This document shows positions 25,691 to 34,063 of a stretch of DNA of 55,921 bases, piece after piece (positions within the stretch are counted from its first letter, which is position 1; every line of letters starts with the position of its first letter). The notes under the pieces were generated by a model. The model saw only the letters and a program-made list of their open reading frames with translations. It had not been told where the DNA came from and searched no databases. Source of the DNA: Candidatus Limivicinus sp. (lineage in GTDB: Bacteria > Bacillota > Clostridia > Oscillospirales > Oscillospiraceae); assembly GCA_045222695.1 (NCBI GenBank), contig JBGUZD010000128.1, forward strand, positions 1 to 55,921, written 5' to 3'. The position numbers and the translations under genes were made by a program.

Positions 25691-28139
25691 GGCTCTGCGC
25701 CTCCTTTTCCCGCATGGGGATCTCCGCCGGGGCCTCGGTCTCCGTAAGCGTGTCGATCTCCATATGTGCGTTGATATCGCCGTTGAAGCGGCCGTGGATC
25801 TCCGCGTCTATGTAGCCGTTGACGTAGCCGCGGATGCGGCCGTCGAGATGGACGACGCCCGTGCGGCTGAAGATCGCCCCGCGGGGACTGGTAAAGCTGG
25901 TCTTGCTGATCAGCCTGTCGCCCAGCAGCAGGAGCTGCGGCAGGACGCAGGTGACAAGCAGCATTGAGATCAGGGTCCCCTTCCCGAGATACACGCCGAT
26001 GGCGGAGATCGTCTCATTGGACGCGACAAACGCGATGACGCCGCCGGCGGCGGCCATCATCGTGCCGGAAGTCACGATCGTCGGGAAAGCCTTATTCAGC
26101 GCGTCGGTAATGGCTTCCTTCGGCTCAAGGCGCCTGCGCGACTCCAGATAGCGATCGGAGATCACGATGGCGTAGTCGATATTGGCGCCCATCTGGATGG
26201 CGCTGATGATCAGATAGGTCAGGAAAAACAGATCCTTGTGAAGCAGATAGGGCGAGGAGAAGTTGATGAGGATGCTGCCCTGGATCACAAGGATCAGCAG
26301 CAGCGGCAGGCCGACCGAGTGGAAGGTGAAGATCAGGATCAGCGTGACGAAAACGATCTCCAGGATCGTAATGACGGTGTTGTCGTTTTCAAACGAGGCC
26401 TTCAGATCGCTGCAGCTCGTCGTGTCGCCTACGATAAAGCTCACATCGTAATAACGCGCCGCAATGCCGCGCAGGGCGCTGAGATACTCATAGCTCTCCG
26501 TGCCCTCGGAGGGAACGTCGGAATCGATGACGATGCGGCTCCAGTCGTCGCTGAGAAGCTGGAGCTTGCCGTCGTCGAGCTCCTCCTTCATCTCGTCGAT
26601 CCTGTCCTGCGTCTCCTCGTCCAGATCGAGCGTGACGTTGTCCTTGCTCTCAAGCAGATAGTCGAAGACGTCCAGCAGGGCGATGCGATAGCTGTCCATG
26701 CCGGTCACGGCCTTGCCGTATTCGTTGTGCTCCAGCGCGTAGCTGCCGTAGACGAGCTCGGCGATCTCGATGTCGAGATCCAGAAGCTCGGCAAACTGGC
26801 GCGGCGTCACTTCGTCGAGCAGCTTGTAATCGTCGATGGCGTCGATGTCGGACAGACCCGTGACGGAGATCGTGTGGCGCAGTTCCTTGATCTCTGCGAC
26901 GATCTCCTTTTCGCTCTCGTTGTCCCCCGCGGGGATGATCATGGCGAAGGTGTTCGGCGTGCCGAAGGTGGATTTGATCTTTTCCTTGGCAAGCTGGATC
27001 TTGTTTTTGCGGATCGACTCGACGCTGTACTGATCGTAAACGTAATTGGCGCGTTTCGAGCAGAAGAAGGCGCCGAGGAGCAGCAGGACGAACAGGAAGG
27101 GGATCACCTTGCGCGTTTTATAGGCAAATCTGCCCAGGAAGGGGATATCGGGCAGGAAGCGGCGGTGAGCGGTCCTCTCGATCAGACCCGAAAAGGCCAC
27201 CAGCAGTCCGGGCATCAGACAGAAGACGGTGAGCAGACTGATCATAACGGCCTTGATCAAAACAAAGCCCATGTCCGCTCCCAGCTTGTACTGCATAAAG
27301 GTCAGCGCGAGCAGACCGGAAATCGTCGTAAGGCTGCTTCCCGTGATCTCGGGGATGGCCTTGCTCAGCGCGTCGATGGCGGCCTCGCGCGGCTCCTTGC
27401 CGGAGGCGCGCTCCTCGGTGAAGCGGTGGCACAGGATGATGGCGTAATCGATCGCGAGCGCCAGCTGCAGCACCAGCGCGATGGAATCGGTGACGAAAGA
27501 GATCTCGCCCATGAGGAAGTTCGTACCCATGTTCAGAAGCGCCGCAGCCCCGAAGGTCAGGATCAGTACCGGGATCTCGCCGTAGGTGCGTGAGGTAACG
27601 AGCAGCACCAGAACGATGATCACAAAGGCGATGACGTCCACAATGACCATCTCGCTGTCGATGATCACCTTCAGCGGATTACCGACCTTGGTGTTGACAT
27701 AGAGGTCGTACACGCCGAGCCGTTCCTCGATCTCGTCGAGCGCGGCCTTGCTGGAGGGATCGTCGTTCGCACCCCGGAAAGTCACGTCAAAAAGACCGGA
27801 GAGCTTTTCGTAGTGCCCGTCGGCGTCCTCAAACTCTACCTTCTTGACGTTTTCCACGCTCTCAATCTCCGCGGCGATGCTCCTGGCCTGGTCGAGAGAG
27901 ATGTTGCGCACGACGATCTGCGCCGTGTCGTAGGTGACGAACTCCCGATCCATGATATCCAGGCCGAGACGCGTCTCGGTGTCGGCAGGAAGAAAATGCT
28001 CAAGACTGTCGTTCGTGACGACGAGCGTGCTGGTATATACGCTCAAAGCGGCGAGCGCGACGAAAATGATCATGATCAGCCTGCGCCGATCCACGATCCA
28101 GCGCGCGATCGCCGTCATCAGATGGCTTTTTTTGCCCAT
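25680..28139 (-). CDS. MMPL/RND-superfamily transporter (12 TM, two extracytoplasmic domains)
   Basis: 819 aa with two TM bundles, each following a soluble loop of about 170-250 aa. The C-terminal tail GVVHLDGRIRGYVNGYIDAEIHGRFNGDINAHMEI has a G-x-hydrophobic periodicity. Its stop overlaps the start of the GLUG gene by 11 nt. Confidence 0.85.
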   Translation of the reverse strand: MGKKSHLMTAIARWIVDRRRLIMIIFVALAALSVYTSTLVVTNDSLEHFLPADTETRLGLDIMDREFVTYDTAQIVVRNISLDQARSIAAEIESVENVKKVEFEDADGHYEKLSGLFDVTFRGANDDPSSKAALDEIEERLGVYDLYVNTKVGNPLKVIIDSEMVIVDVIAFVIIVLVLLVTSRTYGEIPVLILTFGAAALLNMGTNFLMGEISFVTDSIALVLQLALAIDYAIILCHRFTEERASGKEPREAAIDALSKAIPEITGSSLTTISGLLALTFMQYKLGADMGFVLIKAVMISLLTVFCLMPGLLVAFSGLIERTAHRRFLPDIPFLGRFAYKTRKVIPFLFVLLLLGAFFCSKRANYVYDQYSVESIRKNKIQLAKEKIKSTFGTPNTFAMIIPAGDNESEKEIVAEIKELRHTISVTGLSDIDAIDDYKLLDEVTPRQFAELLDLDIEIAELVYGSYALEHNEYGKAVTGMDSYRIALLDVFDYLLESKDNVTLDLDEETQDRIDEMKEELDDGKLQLLSDDWSRIVIDSDVPSEGTESYEYLSALRGIAARYYDVSFIVGDTTSCSDLKASFENDNTVITILEIVFVTLILIFTFHSVGLPLLLILVIQGSILINFSSPYLLHKDLFFLTYLIISAIQMGANIDYAIVISDRYLESRRRLEPKEAITDALNKAFPTIVTSGTMMAAAGGVIAFVASNETISAIGVYLGKGTLISMLLVTCVLPQLLLLGDRLISKTSFTSPRGAIFSRTGVVHLDGRIRGYVNGYIDAEIHGRFNGDINAHMEIDTLTETEAPAEIPMREKEAQSHEE

Positions 28140-28371
28140 ATATCAAGCGTCCTTTCAATAAGCGGACAAATCCCACAAAAAATTACAACCGAGGAGACAT
28201 TATAATACAGAAAAGAAGCTTTGCAAGAATTGATATAAATTTGGCAAATGCAGTCTGCCTGTTCAAAAAAGCGATTTTGATACAAATGACAGTTGTCCGG
28301 AAGCGGAACGGAGTGATATACTTAAAAACAAGAGCGAACACCGGAAAAAACGAATAAAAAGGAGGGTTTCC

Positions 28372-29817
28372 ATGGCCTCATACAACAAGCTCTCCCCGGC
28401 TGCGGCCGAGAAGCTGCGCGCCGTCGTCGGCGACGGCCGCTTCCAGTACGGCGACGCGGTACGGGAGGAGTATTCCCACGATGAGATGCCGATCTACGGG
28501 CGCTGCCTGCCCGAGGCGGTCTGCCTCGCCGAGAGCACCGAGGAGGTCTCCGCGATCCTGAAGATCTGCCACGAGGAGAACGTCCCCGTCACGGTGCGCG
28601 GCGCGGGCACGGGCCTTGTCGGCGGCTGCGTTCCGATCGCGGGCGGCATCGTTCTGAGCACGATGAAGATGAACAAGATCCTGTCCTATGATATGAACAA
28701 CCTCGTCGTGCACACCCAGCCGGGCGTCAGGCTCTGCGATCTCGCTGCCGACGCGCTTTCCCACGGTCTGATGTATCCGCCCGACCCGGGCGAAAAGACC
28801 GCCACGGTGGGCGGAAACGTCTCGACGAACGCCGGCGGCATGCGCGCCGTCAAGTACGGCGTGACGCGCGACTACGTCCTGGCGATGACCGTCGTGCTGC
28901 CGGACGGGCAGATCATGAAGCTGGGCAAGACCGTGTGCAAGACCAGCTCCGGCTACAGCCTGCTGCATCTGATGATCGGCTCGGAGGGCACGCTGGGCGT
29001 CATCACGGAGCTCACCCTGAAGCTCGTGCCCAAGCCGCGGATGGACGTGAGCCTGATCCTGCCCTTCTGCGACATCGCCACGGCGATCGCCTCGGTGCCG
29101 GCGATCAAGCTGGCCAACCTCGATCCGCAGTCGATCGAGTTCATGGAGCGCGACATCGTCGACTCCTCCGCGGCCTTCACCGGCAACGCCGTGTTCCCCA
29201 CGGTCGTGAACGGCAAAGAGGCCGGCGCCTATATCCTCGTGACGCTCATCGGCGACAGCGAGGCCGAGCTCACGGCCAAGATGGACCGTCTCGGCGAGGT
29301 CGCCGAGAAGACGGGAGCCTACGACACGCTGGTCGTGTGGACGGACGGGCTGAAAAAGGACGTCTGGGCCGCGCGCAGCGCCTTCCTCACGGTCATCGAG
29401 GCCGAGACGAAGCTGCTCGACGAGATGGACGTCGTCGTCCCCGTCGACCGCATCGCGGAATTCCTCGTCTACACCCACGACGAGGCCGAGCGCCAGGGCG
29501 TGTACGTGCGCTCCTTCGGCCACGCGGGCGACGGCAACCTGCACATCTACTGCTGCTCCAACGATCTGGAGGAGGACGAGTTCAAGCGCCGCGTGAAGCG
29601 GCTGATGGACGCCTGCTACGCCAAGTGCACCGAGTTCGAGGGCCAGGTCTCCGGCGAGCACTCGATCGGCCACGCGAAAAAGGCCTATCTGCGCGAGTCC
29701 GTGGGCGAAACGGCCTACGGCCTGATGGGCGCGATCAAGCAGGTCTTCGACCCGAAGGGGATCCTCAATCCCGGCAAGGTCTGCCACGACGCGGAAGGAG
29801 GTGCCGAGCATGCTTAA
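28372..29817 (+). CDS. FAD-binding oxidase, GlcD/LctD-like (D-lactate dehydrogenase candidate)
   Basis: FAD_binding_4-type motifs VTVRGAGTGLVGG and GGNVSTNAGGMRAVKYG. C-terminal region HAGDGNLH. Confidence 0.85.
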   Translation: MASYNKLSPAAAEKLRAVVGDGRFQYGDAVREEYSHDEMPIYGRCLPEAVCLAESTEEVSAILKICHEENVPVTVRGAGTGLVGGCVPIAGGIVLSTMKMNKILSYDMNNLVVHTQPGVRLCDLAADALSHGLMYPPDPGEKTATVGGNVSTNAGGMRAVKYGVTRDYVLAMTVVLPDGQIMKLGKTVCKTSSGYSLLHLMIGSEGTLGVITELTLKLVPKPRMDVSLILPFCDIATAIASVPAIKLANLDPQSIEFMERDIVDSSAAFTGNAVFPTVVNGKEAGAYILVTLIGDSEAELTAKMDRLGEVAEKTGAYDTLVVWTDGLKKDVWAARSAFLTVIEAETKLLDEMDVVVPVDRIAEFLVYTHDEAERQGVYVRSFGHAGDGNLHIYCCSNDLEEDEFKRRVKRLMDACYAKCTEFEGQVSGEHSIGHAKKAYLRESVGETAYGLMGAIKQVFDPKGILNPGKVCHDAEGGAEHA

Positions 29818-30604
29818 CATCCTCGTGTGCGTCAAGCAGGTGCCGGACGTCAACCTCGTCAAGATCGACCCGGTGACCGGCAGCCTGATCCGCGCGGGCG
29901 TGCCCGCGATCCTCAATCCGCTGGACGGCAACGCCCTGGAGGCCGCCGTCCGGACAAAAGAAAAATACGGCGGGACCGTGACCGTCATCACGATGGGGCC
30001 CGACCAGGCCGCCGAGGCCCTGCGCGAGTGTCTCGCCGCCGGAGCCGACAGGGCCGTGCTGCTGTCCGACCGCGCCTTCGCCAACGCCGACACGCTGGCG
30101 ACGAGTTACGTGATCGTCACGGCGGCGAAGCTGCTGGGCAAGTATGACCTCATCTTCTGCGGCAAGGAGTCCCTCGACGGCGCGACCGGCCAGATGGCCA
30201 GCCAGCTCGCCGAGCGCTTCGACGCCAGCCAGCTCAGCTCCGTCTGCACGGTGCTGGAGGTCGACGAAAAAGAAAGGACCGTCACCGCCGAGCGCGAGCT
30301 CACGGGCGGGATCGAGACCGCGCAGGCGCAGCTTCCCTGTCTGATGACCGTCGAGAAGACGAACTACCGTCCGCGCATCCCCAACCTCAAAAGCTGGAAG
30401 GCCTCGCGCACGGCGCCGATCGAGAAGTTCACGTCCGACACCATCCCCGGGCTCGACCGCGCGCAGATCGGCGACCCCGGCTCGCCGACGAAGGTGCCGC
30501 GCACCTATCCGCCCGAGAAGGGCCCCGGCGGCGAGATGATCCGCGAGGGCAGCGCGGCGAAGGACGCCGAAAAGCTCTTCGCGCTGATCGCGGACAAGCT
30601 GTGA
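29810..30604 (+). CDS. etfB: electron transfer flavoprotein beta subunit
   Basis: MLNILVCVKQVPD is the canonical N-terminus. An AAGGAGG SD lies 8 nt upstream. The ORF-track GTG at 29801 is inside the SD. Confidence 0.9.
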   Translation: MLNILVCVKQVPDVNLVKIDPVTGSLIRAGVPAILNPLDGNALEAAVRTKEKYGGTVTVITMGPDQAAEALRECLAAGADRAVLLSDRAFANADTLATSYVIVTAAKLLGKYDLIFCGKESLDGATGQMASQLAERFDASQLSSVCTVLEVDEKERTVTAERELTGGIETAQAQLPCLMTVEKTNYRPRIPNLKSWKASRTAPIEKFTSDTIPGLDRAQIGDPGSPTKVPRTYPPEKGPGGEMIREGSAAKDAEKLFALIADKL

Positions 30605-30617
30605 GGAGGTGAGCGGG

Positions 30618-31619
30618 ATGAACAAGAACGAATACAAGGACATGTGGGTCTATATCGAGCACCAGGGCGGCAAGGTCCTGCCCGTCTCGCTCGAGCTCTG
30701 CTGCGAGACGAGAAAGCTCTGCGACGCGGCGGGAGAAAAGCTCTGCGCCGTCGTCGTGGGCGAGCTGCACCGCAGCGAGCTGGAAAAGGTCATGGACTGC
30801 GGCGTGGAAAAGCTCATCCGCGTTTCCGGAACGGGCTACGAGCGCTTTTCCGTCGACGCCTATACCGAGCTGTTCACGAAGCTCTGCCGCAAGTACAAGC
30901 CCTCGGCGGTGCTCGTCGGCGGCACGATCGACGGGCGCGACTTCGCGCCGCGCTTTGCCTGCCGTCTGCCCACCGGCTGCACCTCCGACGCGACGCAGCT
31001 CGTCTATGATCCCAAGACCGGCGATATCGAATTCATCGAGCCCGCCGTCGGCGGCAAGATGATGGCCGTCATCACCGTGCCCTTCGTGCGTCCGCAGGTC
31101 GGCACGATCCGCCCGGGCACCTTCAAATACCTCCCGACCGGCGCGCGCCCCTGCGAACTGATCGAGGAGAAGATCGACTTCCCCGTGGAGAAGATCCGCA
31201 CGAAGGTCCTGGACTACCTGCCAGACGAAGAGGACGAGAGCCTGAACATCGCGGACGCGGAGTATATCGTCTGCGTCGGCAACGGTCTCAAGGGCGCGGA
31301 CGCGCTGGGACGCTACCGCGAGCTCGCCGAGCTGCTCGGCGGCAAGCTGGGCTGCACCCGCCCGGTCTTCGACCGCGGCGTGCTGCCCTACAAGCTGGTC
31401 ATCGGCCAGTCCGGCGTCGTCGTCAAGCCGAAGGTCTATATCGCCTTCGGCGTGTCCGGCGCGGTCAACCACGTCACCGGCATCACCGATTCGGACGTGA
31501 TCGTCGCCGTCAACCGCGACCCGGAGGCCGCGATCTTCGGCTACTGCAGCTACGGCATCGTCGGCGACATGGACGAGGTCTGCGACGCGATGATCGCACA
31601 GTTGAAGGGGAGAAAATAA
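30618..31619 (+). CDS. etfA: electron transfer flavoprotein alpha subunit (no N-terminal ferredoxin domain)
   Basis: MNKNEYKDMWVYIEHQGGKV at the N-terminus, and IAFGVSGAVNHVTG (the FAD motif GxSGAxQH-like) near the C-terminus. A GAGGAGG SD lies 8 nt before the ATG at 30618. Confidence 0.9.
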   Translation: MNKNEYKDMWVYIEHQGGKVLPVSLELCCETRKLCDAAGEKLCAVVVGELHRSELEKVMDCGVEKLIRVSGTGYERFSVDAYTELFTKLCRKYKPSAVLVGGTIDGRDFAPRFACRLPTGCTSDATQLVYDPKTGDIEFIEPAVGGKMMAVITVPFVRPQVGTIRPGTFKYLPTGARPCELIEEKIDFPVEKIRTKVLDYLPDEEDESLNIADAEYIVCVGNGLKGADALGRYRELAELLGGKLGCTRPVFDRGVLPYKLVIGQSGVVVKPKVYIAFGVSGAVNHVTGITDSDVIVAVNRDPEAAIFGYCSYGIVGDMDEVCDAMIAQLKGRK

Positions 31620-32873
31620 ATGATCCGCATCCCATACGGAAAGAGCTTTATCGAATACGACGAGGGAAAGGCCCCGGTGCTCACGTCCCGCATCGGCGAG
31701 CTCAAGGCCGCGGGCAGCGGCGTCGAGATCGTGCGCGCGGCGATGGCGAGCCCCATTGACAGCCCGCGGCTGTGCGAACTGGCAAAAGGCAAAAAGAACT
31801 GCGTCATCATCGTCTCCGACCATACCCGCCCGGTGCCGAGCCGCGATATCCTGCCGCCCATGCTCGAAGAGCTGCGCGCGGGCAGCCCGGATATCGACAT
31901 CACGCTGCTTGTCGCCACGGGCTTCCATCGCCCGACGAGCACGAAAGAGCTTGAGGACAAGCTCGGACGCGAGATCATGGAGAGCTGCCGCGTCGTCGTG
32001 CACGACTGCCGCGACGCCGCGTCCAACCTGCGCATCGGCACGCTGCCCTCCGGCGCGCCCTGCGTGGTCGACCGTCTGGCCGTCGAGACCGAGCTGCTCG
32101 TGGCCGAGGGCTTTATCGAGCCGCACTTCTTCGCCGGCTTCTCCGGCGGACGCAAGAGCGTGCTGCCCGGCGTGGCCGACCAGGTGACGGTGCTGGGCAA
32201 CCATTGCTCGCGTTTCATCGACAGCCCCTTCGCCCGCACGGGCGTCCTGGACGGCAACCCGATTCACGAGGACATGCTCGCCGCGGCGGAGATGGCAAAG
32301 CTCGCCTTCATCGTCAACGTCGTCATCGACGAGGAGAAGAAGACCGTCGCCGCCTTCGCCGGCAATTTCCGCACGGCGCACCGCCGCGGCTGCGACTACA
32401 TGCTCGACTACTTCAAGGTCGCGCCCGTGCCCTCCGAGATCGTCGTGACCTCCAACGGCGGCGCGCCGCTGGATCAGAACCTTTACCAGTGCGTCAAGAG
32501 CATGACGGCCGCGGAGGCGAGCTGCGTCGAGGGCGGCGTGATCGTGCTCTGCGCCGAATGCGCCGACGGCCACGGCGGCGAGGGCTTCTACCGCTCGCTG
32601 CGCGACTGCGAAAGCCCCGCCTCGCTCTACGCCGAGCAGATGGCCACGCCGCAGGATCGGACCGTGCCCGACCAGTGGGAGAGCCAGATCCTCGCGCGCA
32701 TCCTGATGCACCACACGGTGATCTTCGTCACGCGGCCGGAACTGAAGGACATGGTCGAGGAGATGAAGATGCGCTACGCTCCCGCGCTGCCCGACGCGCT
32801 GGACATGGCCCGCGCGATGGGAAAGAAGAGCCTCTGCTTCATCCCCAACGGGATCTCGGTGATCGTAAAGTAA
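31620..32873 (+). CDS. larA: nickel-pincer-dependent lactate racemase
   Basis: VSDHTRPVPS, ATGFHRP and EPHFFAGFSGGRKSVLPG match LarA catalytic and cofactor-binding motifs. The ATG directly abuts the etfA stop. Confidence 0.9.
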   Translation: MIRIPYGKSFIEYDEGKAPVLTSRIGELKAAGSGVEIVRAAMASPIDSPRLCELAKGKKNCVIIVSDHTRPVPSRDILPPMLEELRAGSPDIDITLLVATGFHRPTSTKELEDKLGREIMESCRVVVHDCRDAASNLRIGTLPSGAPCVVDRLAVETELLVAEGFIEPHFFAGFSGGRKSVLPGVADQVTVLGNHCSRFIDSPFARTGVLDGNPIHEDMLAAAEMAKLAFIVNVVIDEEKKTVAAFAGNFRTAHRRGCDYMLDYFKVAPVPSEIVVTSNGGAPLDQNLYQCVKSMTAAEASCVEGGVIVLCAECADGHGGEGFYRSLRDCESPASLYAEQMATPQDRTVPDQWESQILARILMHHTVIFVTRPELKDMVEEMKMRYAPALPDALDMARAMGKKSLCFIPNGISVIVK

Positions 32874-32880
32874 GCCGGCG

Positions 32881-32898
32881 GCAAAAAAAGAACGTCTC
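32881..32898. repeat. left half of a split bidirectional terminator / left inverted repeat of the DUF1963 insert
   Basis: GCAAAAAAAGAACGTCTC begins 8 nt after the larA stop. Its reverse complement recurs at 34032-34050. Confidence 0.8.
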
Positions 32899-32957
32899 GA
32901 AGGAGGCACTTCGTAAGGAAGTGCTTTGAGTTAGATCATTACCGGCTAAAAGGATAT

Positions 32958-32994
32958 GAAACAGGCGTGACCGAAACGGTCACGCCTGTTTTGT
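32958..32994. terminator. bidirectional terminator inside the low-GC insert (serves the DUF1963 gene)
   Basis: ACAGGCGTGACC gaaac GGTCACGCCTGT, flanked by an A-run and a T-run. Confidence 0.8.
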
Positions 32995-33107
32995 CGCTCT
33001 GCTCCGGATTTTTGGGTGCAAAATCCGATGCTCGTTATGATTGCGGACAAGGCGCCTTTTAACAAATTGTTATAATATCCTTTATCCGTATTAAGACTGG
33101 CACACAC

Positions 33108-33971
33108 TTAATAACACTGCAAAATCACCCAGGCCGCCTTAAAGTTCTTTGCCTCTAAGTCTTCGTCGGTAATCCAAACATACAGCCTGCCAGCGTCACC
33201 CCACATCATACCCAAATCTTCGTTACTATCCACTTGAAGCAGCAAGTTCCATCTGTTTGTGTTTTTATCTAATCCCCGGGCACGTCCTTCAATATACCCA
33301 CTGGGATCACCACAGTATAACTTTTGGGATACTAGTTCACACTCCAACTCCATACCGCCTTGAATATTGTTTGAGTGCCCCAGCAGCTTGTTGTCCGGTT
33401 CGGAAATGCCGTCCAGAATCTCAAAATACTTATCTACGTCGTCTTCCTTGAGCGGCAGCTTTTCACCAGCGGAGCTTTCCAAATCAGGGAAATCAATCGC
33501 ACACTCAAAGTGCATTACTGAAGGTGCAAACAAACTGCCTGCCTCTTCTAAATCATCTGGTGCATTGGCTTTCTTCAGATTGGACAGGTCTCCCTCATAA
33601 TAGTACAAGACTTTACCATCGGCATCATTCGGGTCAAATCCCCAGGGCATGTCCATGGAAGCATCATAAAAGAAATAGAGAATGCCATGGTCAGGCAGTT
33701 TATTCGCTTGATCATAAGGCGTGGTATCTGCAAAGTTAATTTGGCAAACGAACGATAGCGGAATATTTGTCATCTCTTGTCTGAACCACTCTATGCCGTC
33801 TGGCAAATCTGGCAAACCGCCCATTTTGGATGCCCCAAGAGGGATGTCTTCTTCATGCGCTGCGCTCAACTCGATGTGTATGGCATCTTTGACCGCAGCC
33901 TCAATTGACATGGTATATTCAGACAGTCCATGAGATTCCAATACATTTTTAACATCTTTGATCGTTTTCAT
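33108..33971 (-). CDS. DUF1963 (YwqG-like) family protein
   Basis: MKTIKDVKNVLESHGL at the N-terminus, then GASKMGGLPDLPDGIEW, LSFVCQINF and LLQVDSNEDLGMMWGDAGRLYVWI, which are typical of the family. An AAGGGAG SD lies 9 nt upstream of the start. GC is about 45 % against more than 60 % in the flanks. Confidence 0.8.
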   Translation of the reverse strand: MKTIKDVKNVLESHGLSEYTMSIEAAVKDAIHIELSAAHEEDIPLGASKMGGLPDLPDGIEWFRQEMTNIPLSFVCQINFADTTPYDQANKLPDHGILYFFYDASMDMPWGFDPNDADGKVLYYYEGDLSNLKKANAPDDLEEAGSLFAPSVMHFECAIDFPDLESSAGEKLPLKEDDVDKYFEILDGISEPDNKLLGHSNNIQGGMELECELVSQKLYCGDPSGYIEGRARGLDKNTNRWNLLLQVDSNEDLGMMWGDAGRLYVWITDEDLEAKNFKAAWVILQCY

Positions 33972-34031
33972 GTCAAATGTCTCCCTTTGAATTTGAACGA
34001 TAGTACTTCCTTGCGGAGGGTGCTTCGAAAA

Positions 34032-34050
34032 GAGACGTTCTTTTTTTTGC
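34032..34050. repeat. right half of the split terminator / right inverted repeat
   Basis: GAGACGTTCTTTTTTTTGC ends 14 nt after the CotH-1 stop (on the minus strand). It matches the reverse complement of 32881-32898 at 18 of 19 positions. Confidence 0.8.
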
Positions 34051-34063
34051 GTGTTTTTTCGGC

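Noticed and set aside
32899-34031. The low-GC insert as a complete IS or transposon
   Set aside because: It encodes only a DUF1963 protein. There is no transposase, integrase or recombinase, and I could not identify a clear target-site duplication outside the 18-nt arms.
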